The notes beneath the pieces were generated by a model. It was not told the DNA's origin and searched no databases. It saw only the letters and a list, made by a program, of their open reading frames with translations. The position numbers and the translations under genes were made by a program. DNA of 64,000 nucleotides from Camelus dromedarius (lineage: Eukaryota), in assembly GCF_036321535.1 (NCBI RefSeq), contig NC_087437.1, positions 77,130,001 through 77,194,000 of the forward strand, in the 5' to 3' direction. This document shows positions 11,981 to 24,700 of the stretch, one piece after another. Numbering within the stretch: position 1 is the stretch's first letter; each line of letters begins with the position of its first letter.

Positions 11981-12970
11981 GATTAGGTTATTTATACCTT
12001 CCTTCATAAAAACTCATGGGATTCTTAGACACATTTTTGCATCTCTTCCCCACTGAACAATTTTACATAAAAAGTAGTAAATCAGCTTTTTATTAAACCA
12101 ATGGGGGAAAAAAGAAAACAGAAAAAAAGGTATTAACTTGAATCCTGAGACAAAGCTTTAATATCTGGGCTACTCAAATGACCCCTCATAGAACAATAAA
12201 TATCAGTTTCTCTTGGTTATTTAAATAAATTTTTGGACATAGATAAATTGTCAGAGTTTGAATCTATTGCTGGTGAGAAAGATATGAGGAACAGAAATGA
12301 GAAATATCACTCAAGAGCAGAATGAGCAGAGATAAAAGTTTGGGAGAAGGTAGGTAAAGTTAAGAAGATAAAAGTGTAAAAAGAAAAAAAAAAGGCTTTT
12401 TTCTGAACCAGGGGAAAAATAAAATATAAAAGTATATGAAGATTATAAATACGAAAATTGATCTATACTTTATTATTATAAGTATTTCCTTAAATTGGCC
12501 ACATACAGGTATACACAGAACCTAGATGTCAACTCAGTTGAATATTTTATAATATTCATTCATTCACTTATTCTTTCAGAATATATTGTTGAATGGCTAT
12601 TATGTGCCAAGCACTATTATAGGTACTGATGATAAGCAAAATCCCTTCTGTTGAAGTATGTATGTATTTAAGTGGAACTTGCTCAATAAATAAGTGAAAT
12701 TGAAAGAATAAAAATAGGAAAAAATACTGTGATGAATGGTATGCCCAAAATTAAAATATATCGATGTGCCGGTATATGGTCAAAGAAGGTATCTTTGAGT
12801 AGATGATACTGAATATAGTATCTAAAGTCAGGATGGAGGTGTCCCAAAGCACAACCTTAGGGCTTGTATTATATCATAGTCTAGGATGCCTTAGAGTTCC
12901 CACATGATGGTTAAGGAAAGAGCATTCCAAACGCTACCCAGTTGCAAAGGCAAACATCAGTTAGAATGTC

Positions 12971-13351
12971 TGAGAGACTGAATATACAAACAATGGCCAG
13001 ATCATATACAACAGTGTAACTCTAACCAACAATGTCTGTAGCAACAGCCCCAGAAGCCAAACCAGGGTCTCTATTTTTGCCTGTTTCACACTCATGACCA
13101 AGAGATAGCCAGATGTGTTCACCAGTCATATAAGATGCTCCGCTTCCATTTAGCCGCCTTCCAGCTTCCCCATGCCACCGACTTCCCATGAGAGCACACC
13201 TGAAGCCTTCCCCTTTGTTCACCATAAAATTTCCCACTACCCTGACTACCTTTGAGTTTCTGCCAAATGCAAGTGATGGTGACTGACTCACTTGCAAACT
13301 CTGAATGCATAACCTCTCTTCTCATTCCAGTGGTCTTTATTTATTTGCACA
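12971..13351 (+). mobile_element. ERV1 solo LTR, MER110-like
   Basis: TG...CA termini; perfect 4-bp TSD TGTC (12967-12970 and 13352-13355), the ERV1-type length; internal cagcttccccatgcca...cctgaagccttccc...gcaagtgatggtgactgactc. Confidence 0.85.
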
Positions 13352-13555
13352 TGTCTTTGGCTTGAGCCAGAAAGAGAACGAAAAGAGTATGACTGGAGTC
13401 CCTGGAAGAAGGTGAGAAGTAAGCATAGGCTAAATCATGGGGGACCCGGAAAACCAGGAAAGGTTTAGATTTTATTCTCAGTTCAGTGGGAACACCTTCC
13501 AGGGACTGAAGAGTAGGTGGTAAGACTTGTTTTAAGGAAGTAGAATGTCATTACT

Positions 13556-13722
13556 TGATTTATTTTTTCTTTATTTGTTTAGTTTTACCATTTCGGTTTT
13601 CCAATTTTTATTTTATTTTCACTTCGTTTTCATCTTATACATTTCATTTTATTTTACAATTTTATTTTAATTATTTTAATTTTTTATTTTTTGTATTTAA
13701 AATTTTATTACTGCTATTTTTT
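13556..13722. repeat. T-rich low complexity (decayed antisense L1 poly(A) tail)
   Basis: Runs of ttttatttt immediately next to the antisense L1 3' end. Confidence 0.7.
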
Positions 13723-15030
13723 TAAGAAATATATTTCAGTTTTTAGAGCGGCTTTACATTCACAGCAAAATTGAGTGGAAAGTACAGAGTTCCCATATAC
13801 GTCCTACCCTGATACATACACAGCCTCTCCAGATAACAGCGTCTCTCACCAGCATGCTACATTTGTTACAATCAGTGAACCTAGGTTGATACATCATTAT
13901 CAGCCAAAGTCCATAGTTTACATTAGGGTTCACTCCTGGTGTTACAGAGTCTATGGATTCTGACAAACGTGTAATGACATATATTTACCATTATAGTATC
14001 ATGCAAAATAGTTTCACTGCCCTAAAAGTCCCCCGTGCCCCACGAACTCATCCCTTCTTCCCCTCCAGCCCCTGACAATCGATAATCTTTTACTGTCTTC
14101 GTAGTGTTGCCTATTCCAGAATGTCATATAGTTATAATTATACAGTATAATTCTTTTTCAGATTGGCTATTTTCACTTGATAACATGTATTTCAAGTTTC
14201 TTCCATGCCTTTTCATGGCTTGATAGCTCACTTTCTAGCCATGAATAACACTCCATTGTCTGGATGCCCCATAGTTTATTTATCCATTCACCTACTGAAA
14301 GACATCTGGCTTCCAAGTTGTGACAATTATGAAGAAGTGGCTAAAAACATTCATATGCAGGCTTTTGTGTGGACATATGTTTTCAATTTATTTGGGCAAA
14401 TACCAAGGAGCATAATTGATGGGTTGTATGGTGAGAGTTATGTTTGATTTGTAAAAAAAAAAAAAACTGCCAAACTGCCTTCCAGAGTATCTACCATTTT
14501 GCATTCCCACCAGCAATGAATGAGAATTTCTGTTGGCTCCACATCCTCTCTAGCCTTGGTGTTGCCAGGGTTTTGGATTTGGGCCATTCAGATAGGTTTG
14601 TAGTAGTATCTCATTTTTGTGTCAATTTGCAATTCCCTAGTGGCATGTGATGTGGAACATCTTTTCATAGTCTTGTTTGCCATCTGTGTACCTTTTTTGA
14701 TGAGGTATCTATTGAGGTCTTTGCCCACTTTTTAATCAGGCTTTTCATTTTCTTATTGTTGAATTTTAGGAAAGTATATTTTCATTAAAGTCCTTACCAG
14801 ATATTTCTTTGCAAGTGTTTTTTTTTTTCCCCGTTTGTGGCTTGTCTTCTCATTTCCTTGACAGTGCCTTTTGCAGAGCAGAAATTTTTAATTTTAAAGA
14901 AGTCCAGTTTATCAATGATTTCTTTCATGTGTCATGGCTTTGGTACTGTATCTAAGAAGGCATTGTCCTAATTAAGGTCATTGAGATTTTCTCCTATGTT
15001 ATTTTCTGGGAGTTTTATAGTTTTGTGTTT
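13723..15030 (-). mobile_element. L1MC1/2-like LINE-1 3' portion (3'UTR plus ORF2 C-terminal relic)
   Basis: ttcacagcaaaattgagtggaaagtacagagttcccatatac and gtccatagtttacattagggttcactc are diagnostic L1MC 3'UTR; ccattttgcattcccaccagcaatgaatgaga is antisense ORF2 end. Confidence 0.9.
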
Positions 15031-16026
15031 GATTTGCTTTTTTAAAAGCTTCATATGGATGCTGTGTAGAGAACGAACTTTAGAAAGGCAAAAATGGAAG
15101 GGGGGTGAGTACTAAGGACTATTGCAGTAATCATGGTCAGGAATGATGATGATTTCACAAGAATAGTAAAAGTAGTAATGGAGAGAAACAGATGGACTCA
15201 GAATGTCAATATGATTTGGAAATAGAATGCTGATAGATAGCTTGGGTGGAGGGAGTAAAATCGAGAATAATTCCTAGGTGGCTCTGTGCTGGTTTTCTGG
15301 CAGGTTGCTTCAGAAACAGTGGCAACCCAGCTCCTAGGGTCCTTTGATTTGTGTCAGTCACCAGGAACTTAGTGGGGGGAGCACTGCAGCTGCCTCTGGG
15401 AGTGAGAAGATGCTTAAATACGAGGACCTGAAAGTGCACCAGTTTATCTGTAAAGCTCCAAAAAATAAATGATTCCCTACAGAATCAGTTAACCATGCCC
15501 ACTCCACAGATCATATTTCCAGCATCCAGTATAACTCATGAGTTTTATTAGCAATGAAATAAATTGTACTGGAAATAGAGTTAATGTTCTCAAGCCCCTA
15601 TGTTGCCAAAATGTAGGTGTTTATTCATAAAACATGGTAGTTGCACTCTCTTTTTGAATGTATGGGAATATACCTATTTTATCTTGAATACTTTGTCTTG
15701 GGTTTGTTTAAGTTTTTCACAGTTTTTCAGAAATAGCAGCCTAATTGATTTTATTTTTATTTCAATACATATTGTTGTACCTTCACATAGAAGTAATTAT
15801 ATTATAGATTATTATATAAAATGTTTTAATAAAACTGAGCATTACTAATAAATCATTTAGTAAAAACTGATATATCCATTAATATTTGAAATGAACATTT
15901 TTGGGTTTCTCTGATTTTAGTAGAAGATTTACCAAAGAGAAAATTTTCTGATTTTTCTTTTTGCAGATGCTAAACTTTTGGTGGAATTTTTTGGGCAGGC
16001 TTTGGTAGAGTTTTAGTTAAACTATG

Positions 16027-16539
16027 TGTGGTAGATGGAATAATGGTCCCAAAGATATCTGTCCTTATCCCCAGAGCCTGTGAATATATTAGTTTACATG
16101 ACAAAAGGGACTTTGCAGATGCAATTAAATTAAGCATATTGAGATGAAGAGATTATGGTGGATTATCTGGGTAAGACCAATGTAACCACAAGAGTCCTTA
16201 CAAGAGGGAGACAAAAGGGTGAAAGAGGGAAGGATGATGTGACAACCAAATCAGAGGCAGAGAGGGGATTGATGATGCTAAACTGATGGCTTTGGAGATG
16301 GAAGAAGGAACCATAATCCAAGGAAGGAATGTAAGCAGCCCCTAGAAGATGGAAAAAACAGAAATTTATTCTCCCCTAGAGCCTTCAGAAAGAATGCAGC
16401 CCTGTTAATCCGTTGATTTTAGATCAGTGAAGACCAGTTTTGGACCTTTGACCTCAAAACTGTAAGATACTAATTTTGTATTGTTTTAAGACACTAAGTT
16501 GGTGGTAATTTGTTAAAGGAGCAGTAAGAAACTAATACA
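16027..16539 (+). mobile_element. MLT1D-like MaLR solo LTR
   Basis: tgtggtagatggaataatggtcccaaagat start, aaaagggactttgcagatg, ttctcccctagagccttcagaaagaatgcagccctg, end gtaatttgtta...gaaactaataca. Confidence 0.92.
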
Positions 16540-16953
16540 ATACGTTATTCTGAAAATAAGACTTTTCTTAAGAGCTGTATGATCAAAAAATACTGCTGTA
16601 GCTACAGTCTTTATCAGATAGATGGTTTACTGACCTATGTTTAATCTGTTCCTTAATGTCTCTTCCCAAGGCATGCTACTTCTTGTAATTTTTACTTTAA
16701 AAATAAGAAAAAGAATAACATCTATAATTTTGGTGTTAATACTTTCAACTGGGTGGACAGTGATACTGTTTAATAAATGGGAATGGTGGGGATAAAATCT
16801 ACTGTGGTTTGGTAAATCATGAGTTCGTTTTTGGCTATATTAAGTTTGAGATGTATATTAGATCAAAACTGGCCCATGAATTACTTATCAGTTAGTGACA
16901 GGATAAGTACAGAAATCAGAAGGAAGAATTTAGATACGTTTATAGCAACTTGA

Positions 16954-17929
16954 CAGTGCTGTGATATCCAATCATGTGGTAAGTAAACCTGTCACATTTA
17001 ACTGTGTGTTGGCCAGCTTTTCTGCTGTCAAGTTCACATAGTGAGTTGCCCAGGTCACCAGCTACATACTGATTATGCACTGTAAGAACACATGACAACA
17101 TGTGATAGTTTAAACTTGGTTGTAACCCAGAAAGGTACAAATTTGAAATCCATTTTTTTGCCAGAAGAATTTGAATGTTATTGCTTTGTAGGACAAATTA
17201 TTGGAATTGGTTACTGATGAAAGATTGAAGATGAATTTTGAAACTATATCATCACTAGCATTATTTTGAATGAAAGTTAAAAGTAAATATTGTGAGCTTT
17301 CTGAAATCACTTTTAAGTTATCTTTTTCCATTTTCATCAGCCTATGTCTGTGAGACTGGTTTCTATATTGAATATTATTAAAGCAGACAATAAAATGTAT
17401 ATATAGTATCTAATATAATATATAACATATGTATAATCTGCTGACAGAATTGTCGTCAATCTAAAATAGACTAGTTAAGAGGCAAGCTTATTTGTCAAGT
17501 TAAAAATTTTAAATAGTGATATACTTGTATGTTCAAAGTCTACTAGTAGGAAATTTAATGTGAGGAATCACTATTTCACTCTTAATTTTTGATTATGATA
17601 ATTTCAGAGTAAAAATCACGAGTGTTGAAGCAACTGTCTATTAATCACCTATCTGCACACATTTGATAAATACAATGTATAGTTTTTGGAATTCTTTTTT
17701 CCTATGCTTTTCTTGTTCTAATTACACTTATTGAAATGTAATCTTAGGTCTTTTGGATGTAATTTTAAAAGGGGGGTGGCTTGTATTTTTTATGTGCTTT
17801 TTCTTTATTTTATTTTTCTAGTTTATTTTCATTGACTTTTACAAAACTATTGGTCTATAATGAATTTAGAAATTTAAAAAAAAATTTTAAATTAAAAAAA
17901 ATTTGACACAGAAAGTTTGAGAAGCACTG
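16954..17929 (+). mobile_element. hAT-Charlie DNA transposon relic with transposase C-terminal (dimerisation) domain
   Basis: 17186-17365 translates, with stops and a frameshift, to DKLLELVTDERLKMNFE..F*MKVKSKYCELSEI..LFPFSSAYVCETGF, the hAT dimerisation motif; right terminus agtttgagaagcactg; left boundary uncertain (cagtgct). Confidence 0.8.
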
Positions 17930-18510
17930 AATTGGACAACAAATTAAAGCTTTTTAAGTAAATAGCTGGGTATTTTAATCTGGCATTCTCAGGAAAGATT
18001 AGTGTTAGAAATACTATGTTGACATTATGAAGAATATAAATTGTATTTAAGGTCATAAGATTTGATAAGATGATACAGAAATAGATGTGGCCAAAGAAGT
18101 GAAGGGTGTGCATCACGAAGGCCTTGGGCACCACAGGTAGAGGTCAAACAGGCTCCAGCAAAGGAGCCCAGGAGGAAGTGATTATAGAGATTAAAGGGGG
18201 AAAAAAAACCAGGAATAGGATGTCACTGAAGCCAAATATTGAAAGACTCTAAAATAGAAGGAATAGGGTCAACTCTATAAAACTTTGGCATGAGATTGAT
18301 TAAGATGAAGACAGAAATGTGACCAGTGATTTGTGGCAACATGGAAGTCTTTGGGGATTTTCTCAAGTGGTGGAAATAGAAGCTTTAATGTGATTTGAAG
18401 ATGTAAGTGAGATGTAAAATTAGATGGTGAAATAAGTTTTGCTGTAACAGTGTATTAAAAAAATGGAAAAATAATTGGATGGGGATACGGGGCCAAGGCA
18501 GGTGTCGGGG

Positions 18511-18553
18511 GAGAGAGAGAGAGAGAGAGAGAATGTGTGTGTGTGTTGTGTGT
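18511..18553. repeat. Compound (GA)n(TG)n microsatellite
   Basis: gagagagagagagagagagagaatgtgtgtgtgtgttgtgtgt seen directly. Confidence 0.9.
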
Positions 18554-19345
18554 TAACAGAAGAGTAATGAGGATATATGTGTATGGTCATGGGAATAATC
18601 TCCAAAGTGAGAGAGAAATTTTTAACAGAAAAAGAGACAGATAGTTCTTGGAGAAGGGAAAAGGGAATGAAGTCCAGCACACTGGTTGTCCGGCCCTTTG
18701 ATAGGAGACATGATCCTGTAATCATAACAATAGAAATGAAGGTAGAGAATATGGGTTAGAAACAAATAACCAAAAATTAAAGATAAATATAAACAGCACG
18801 ACAGGAAATCTGTTCAGGTGAAAAAATAAGAAATCAAAGTAGTTCAAGTAGCATTATAGATATTGTAGACAATTCAACTGGAAACAAAAAATAAAATGCT
18901 CCCCATTTCCCTGATAGTGAGCAGGATAATATCCTGCCTCTACCACACATTCCCAATACAACATTATCAACAAAGTAGTTCCCGTAGTAATTCTTTCTGT
19001 TTCCATAGTTAATCTATAGGAAACAATGTTCCCATAAAATAGAAGAATAGTACTATTAATATTGTTTGCCTGAATCAATTCATTTGCGAGATTCTACCAG
19101 GTCACATTTCCAAGAAAATTAAACTCAAATAAAAAGAGACTCTGTTCACATCACTGTTCATGATATAATTGCTCTAATGTTTCCTTTGACTCCTTTCCCA
19201 CCTCCATAAAGGTAAGATAATGTGCCTCTGTCTCCACCTGTTGCTTCCAATGGGAGGTTCTCCTTTTTGTACACAATTTCATAAACCTTTTCCTGACTTT
19301 TCATCACTAATGAAAAGAGAACACTCTTAAAGAAAGTAAGGGAAT

Positions 19346-19501
19346 TTTTTTAAACTTTATTTATTACTGTGTTATTTGTGTATTTTACTTGGGTGGGGAG
19401 GTAATTAGATTTATTTATTTTTCAAGCGGGCACTGGGAAGTGAACCCAGGACCTCCTGCATGCTAAGCATCTGCTCTACCACTTGAGCTATACCCTCCCC
19501 C
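19346..19501 (-). mobile_element. tRNA-Ala-derived SINE (camelid vic-1-like)
   Basis: Reverse complement gggggagggtatagctcaagtggtagagcagatgcttagcatgcaggaggtcctgggttcac: A box, AGC anticodon loop, B box, then A-rich tail; TSD aagggaat (19338-19345) and aagagaat (19502-19509). Confidence 0.9.
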
Positions 19502-20479
19502 AAGAGAATACCTTCTAGAGGTTTTCTTAGCTTTGCTGTTTTATCGTGTTTATTTTACCGCTAGGGAAAAAAATACAAAACATACAACCAGTAAGAGGGC
19601 CTCTGTGTGACTCTTAACTCTTCTCTGTATTTTTCACCTAGATGTCATACCTACAGTACACAAAGAAACAAACTAAAATTCTTCTCAGGGGAAAATCATA
19701 TTTAGACCCTTGGGGCATTTTTGTAAAGAAAAGCAAGTCAGAGTGAAGTTGGTGAGGAAATGGGATGAAGAGATAGGTGAGCTTCAGGCGCTGCCTAAAA
19801 GTCTCAGGTCTGTGGTAGAGAGATGGAGAGTGGAGGGATACTGAGATGTTGACCCCTCCTTCCGCTCCTTTCCCTCCTGCCACCAGCTCTCACTGGGGAT
19901 GTAACCCAGAGTGCTAGGAAGATGTAGGGTTCAGGTGGCGGTAACAGAACTGCGGCCAGGGGTGGGGGAGGGTGGGAGGCACCTTGTCCGGGATTTTGGC
20001 AGTGGCTATATTAAAGGAATATTGCTAGCTAGAAAACAGTTGAACCATCAAGAAATACATCATCTTTGGAAAATAGGGAGAGTATAATAAAACCTGTATA
20101 CTCTGGGACACTCATTTATATGGTTTCTTCAAAAATAGGTAAATCATTATTTTGTTGTTATTAATATATTTGGATTGAGCACTTTTTAAGTGAATTTCAC
20201 ATATTCCCCAATAGCCTCCAAGTTATTAGAAGATGTAGGCAAGTACAGGGACAGGCCCCAAACCAAATATATAAAAGCCAGTGATATGTTTGTTTGATAG
20301 TTCAGGCATTTGGAATGAAATGTAACATACTTTGGTCATAGAGTGTAATAAAAGGGGGCATGCAGAGACCTGTCACCTTCCCTTTCCCGTGTGTCAATTA
20401 TTCTAAAAGTCCACCACAGAAAAATAATTATTTTCTTATTTTTTCTTATACAGAAAATGAAATGGTTACATTGTTATAT

Positions 20480-20860
20480 TCCTTTAGCTTAATAATAATT
20501 TTGGAAATATGATAGGGCAAACTCCCCTTCTTACATTTTTCAGAATTATATTAGCTATTTTTGGACATTAATTCATCAGTATGAATTTTGATAGAGCTTG
20601 TCATATTTATTTCATGAAAAATCTAGTTATAATATTGGTTGTAAGCATATTGACCTTATAGATTAATTTTGAGAGGATTACATTTTTTCCCCTTACCAGC
20701 TCTTCCATTTACTTGCTCCATTTGTAAAGGTCTTTTTTTGTGTATGTGTGTGACCTTTGGTAATTTTCCCCTTTACAAAAATGAGTGTTTTGTGTTTATA
20801 TCACTAAATAAAATACTCAATTACAACCAGATGGTTTTGACTAATACAAACTATGACAAA
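20480..20860 (-). mobile_element. Ancient L1M ORF2 fragment
   Basis: ttagctatttttggacatt...tatgaatttt..agcttgtca...gcatattgaccttatagattaattttgagagga resembles antisense L1 ORF2. Confidence 0.55.
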
Positions 20861-21734
20861 TACGTAACATATTCCTCAGTTGCATCTCATTGTATTTATA
20901 TTAAAAAAAAGTTTTCCTATAATATATGCACATTTTCTTTTGTACTAGAATGTCTTTGTTAAATAAGTTCTTTGGAATTAAAATGCTTTAATGAGGGAAA
21001 TATTAGTTATTTGACCTAGTCATTTCCTACATACTTCAGTTAAACACTTATATAAACTACATTTAAAGAAAAGATGGAAACAATAATGTACTGTACATAT
21101 TCTTTTGAAACACTTTTTCCCTTAGCAATATACTATGAACTGTTTTCATTGCCAGTAATTGTAACACCATTTTAAAGATTGCATATTTTCCATTATGATT
21201 CCTTTGATACTTGATAGATTTTGGGTCTTTAAAAGTCCTACATTCTACATTCAAATACAAATGCTAGTAGAAGTAGAAACATCAATTTATCAGATTCTTT
21301 TCAACCATGACACCTGGCTGAGGATAATTCCTGGGGAACACTCCTCAAGGCCGGTGTCTGAGGGCAGGTAGAGCAGGAATAGAGCACAGACAGAGAAGGT
21401 GGGGGGAGGATGTCAAACAACAAAAGTATCCACTTCACAATTTCTACAAGGACCATACTTGGGTGGAGAGATCATAAGTGTGAAGCTAATGAAGCAATGG
21501 AGCTAAATGATATTTTAGGGCAGAGAGAACACAGTTATTCCTCTTACTGAATCTCTATTCCTAGAATTTTGAAAACTTAGACATTATTATCTAAAGTTCT
21601 TTGAAACTGTTCCCTGGCTTCTCAGCTGAACAATGTGTGCTGGCTTCCAGAGGCAGATGCACTTGTCCAACTCCCTGCCTTCTTCCTTGTGCTCCTGTCT
21701 GTGTGCCCTACATGTCTGGGAGGAGGGAAGGGTG

Positions 21735-24700
21735 TTACTGTGTTCCAGGTACTATTCTAGGCATTGAGCTGAAAGCAGTGAACAAATTAAAGTTTCTGCC
21801 TTCATGAATCAAAAATTCCAGTGGGATAGGTAAACAATAAGTAAGTAAAACTACAAATGTGTCCTACAGTGTCACATAGTGGTAAATACCAAGAAGAAAA
21901 TAAAGTGTGGTGCCCCAAGGGCAAGGGAAGAAAATGTTTGAAAAAGCCAACTCTGTCAAATGCTATGGGATCTTAAAGAGAGGGTACAATCTAGCCTCCA
22001 AAGGGAGAAATGAGTGAAAAAGCCCAGAGATGTGAGAGAATACTATGTCTCTTCCAAGTCACTGTCAGAGAGACAGCAGTATTCCTGAGGGAGGCGCTGG
22101 TGAGGGGTGAGACTGGATCATGATCAGGGGCAGGTCAGGATAGGCTGTATGTTGGCTACAAATGAAGGGCTTACCTTGAAGGCCGTTGAAGAAACACTGA
22201 ACATTTTTAAGAAAATGAGTGACTTGAGAAGATTGCCCTTTGGAAATGACCCTTTAGTGCTGAGAGGAGACTTGGTTGGAGAGTCCTGGGGGTGAGACCA
22301 GCAATGACAAGTGAAGGTAGTCAGGGCCAGAAGTGGTGAAGGTCCAGATCAATTCAGGGGCCGTGCAAACAGAGAGGAGAATATAATCTGGGTGCTATGT
22401 AAGGGTAAGAATTAAGAGGACTTGGTGATTGGGGTGATCCAGGTGATGACGCGAAGGAACCAGGAAAGTCTTCCAGGTTTGTAGCTTGGTAAACTTCATA
22501 GATGGGAATGGCATTCACCAAAAGAGAGACCACAGGACCCAGAGGAGACAATGTTCAACTTCAAGACTGTTTAATTGTAGTCATATGTGGGATATTTATG
22601 TGAATGTGTCCAGCATGAGTAGGAATTATAGGGATTTTGAACTCAAAAGAGAGATACTGATATTAGAAATTTCAATGATATAGGGATAGTTAAAAACCCA
22701 TGGAAGTGAGTGAGATCATCTTACAAAATTGTTTTTAAGTAAAAAGAGATATGAGGGCCTAGGAAAGGACCTCTAGAAACAATGACAGAGAATGCTGAAG
22801 AGCTGCCCATGAAAATAACCAAGTAAGAGTGGCCTGACCAGAGGCTCAGTGACAAAGATTCGGAGATGAGGTCCTGGGAGTCATTCCCTACCCTCCAATC
22901 ATAATGTGCCTTGCATGAGGTCACGTTCTTGACACTGCAGCATCATGACAATTTAGTATCCAGAAGACTCAGGAATAATAAAAGTCTGAAAGTTGATCTA
23001 ACAGGAAACATAGTCATCTAGGAAATTAGCTTTGTTAACTGTAAAAGATGTTGTTTATTTCGATCTTTGATACCATAAACATTCCAAGTTTTGTATCAGG
23101 GTCAACTAAAGAGAGAGTTATATTGTAAGTATATTCACTAGAAGAAATCCCTGACTTGTCAGATTGTATCCTATCCCTAATTATTTGTTTTGTTTGATGC
23201 CTCTCCACAGTATAAAGAGGAAAGTAGCAAACTTCATCCTGGAAACTACAGAAAAGAGTGTTTCAGAAGGCAAGGAATAATCGATATTTTCAAGTGCCAT
23301 AGAGAAGTCTTCCATGAAAAGTATTAAAGGGCAGCCACTAGTTGTGGACTAAAGGGGCATTAACAGCCTTATAAAGAACTTCTTCACCAAAGAGGGGGAA
23401 GTGATCCAGGCAGTAGTGAAATTACAGGAGAAGAAATAGTAACTTAGGCAATACTGCAGACATTGAAACAGAGAATGCAGACAAAGAAAGGAGGGAGAGA
23501 AAAGGAGCAATAGCTGGAGAGAGATGAAAAGATAAAAAGGATTTGTTTTGTTTTATCTTTGTTTTTATTTATGTGAAAGTTGAATATGTTTATAAACAGA
23601 AAGGAAATAAAGGGGAAACTTGGTAAAAAGAAGTGGTAGAGCGCGCAGGTGAAAGCATTTAATTGAGAGGGAGCTTAGTAGGTAGAGTGTTACCACTCAG
23701 GGAGAACGTGAAGGGATAAGAGTCTGGTTGGTTGGGGTTAGGATATTTTGAACCCTGAAAAAATAATTTATGTAGTTTTCAAGTACTAGGCAAGAATTTT
23801 GGTGGGCATCTCTTCAACTACTGACTTCTATTTCCTCTGTACAGAAAAAGGAGAGGCAAAAGGTTAGTTCTGAGAATAAGGAGGCGCACTGGTAGATAGG
23901 GGCGTTGGGCAGGTTGGAAGAGCTGTCTGGGAGCAGAGTTTTTGGAGCCAACCAGAGCTATGGTGGTAAGCCGAACTCCAAACACTGTCCCTCAAGGCAC
24001 CATGACTGTTTCCTGGTCACTCAGTCCAACACTAGTTTAGGTACTGCTGTCAGGGGATTTTGAAGACATAATTAAAGGCCTGAGTCAGTTGACTAAGATA
24101 CAGAGATGATCTGGATAGGCCTTAAAAGGTGAGCCTTTTTCACCTGGAGTGTTTCCTAGGCTGGTGCACAAGACTCACAGGGATCTGAAGTACGAGAAGA
24201 ATTCAACAAGCCATAGCTGGCTTTGAAGATGGAGCTATTTAATGAGAAATGCATGTGGCCTCTAATAGCTGCAAGCAGCCTTGCGCTAACACCCTGCAAG
24301 GAAATAGGGCCCTCAGTCCTACAACTGAGAGGAGTGGCGTCCTCCCATTGATCTGAATGAGCTTGGAAGAAAATTCTTCCCCCAGAGCCTTCAGATCAGA
24401 GCCCATCCTGGTCATCACCTAGTTGCAGCTTTGTGAGACTTTACACAGAGAACTTAACCAAGCCTGCCTAAACTTTTATGACCCTGAGAACTTTGAGATA
24501 ATAAATGGGTATTGTGTATGGTTCTTAGCTGTATTACTCCATTACACAGCAATAGAAAACGGTTACAGCCATGTTAAATTGTTCCTAAGCTGAAGGCCAT
24601 GGATCTATGCTCACCTCGAACAAATGGGTTTCCTCCACGATCACTAACCACAAATCAGAAACAGTGGACAGCTGGATTGGTTCAGAGTTTGGGAAGTAGA

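Larger units (their letters stand above)
12553..18760 (-). mobile_element. One L2 LINE split into five collinear pieces (about 12553-12970, 13352-13545, 15035-15278, 16712-16870, 17955-18760)
   Basis: Begins attcattcattcac...tatgtgccaagcact (reverse L2 3' end); each piece resumes the antisense L2 consensus where the previous one stopped (gagcattcca; gattttattctc; ttttaaaag..gctgtgtagagaa; caactgg..aagtttgagatg; gtatttaaggtcataaga). Confidence 0.75.

Noticed and set aside
19420..19501. tRNA-Ala-like sequence as a real tRNA gene (also 38423-38500)
   Set aside because: Broken stems, SINE tail and TSDs show these are SINE heads.
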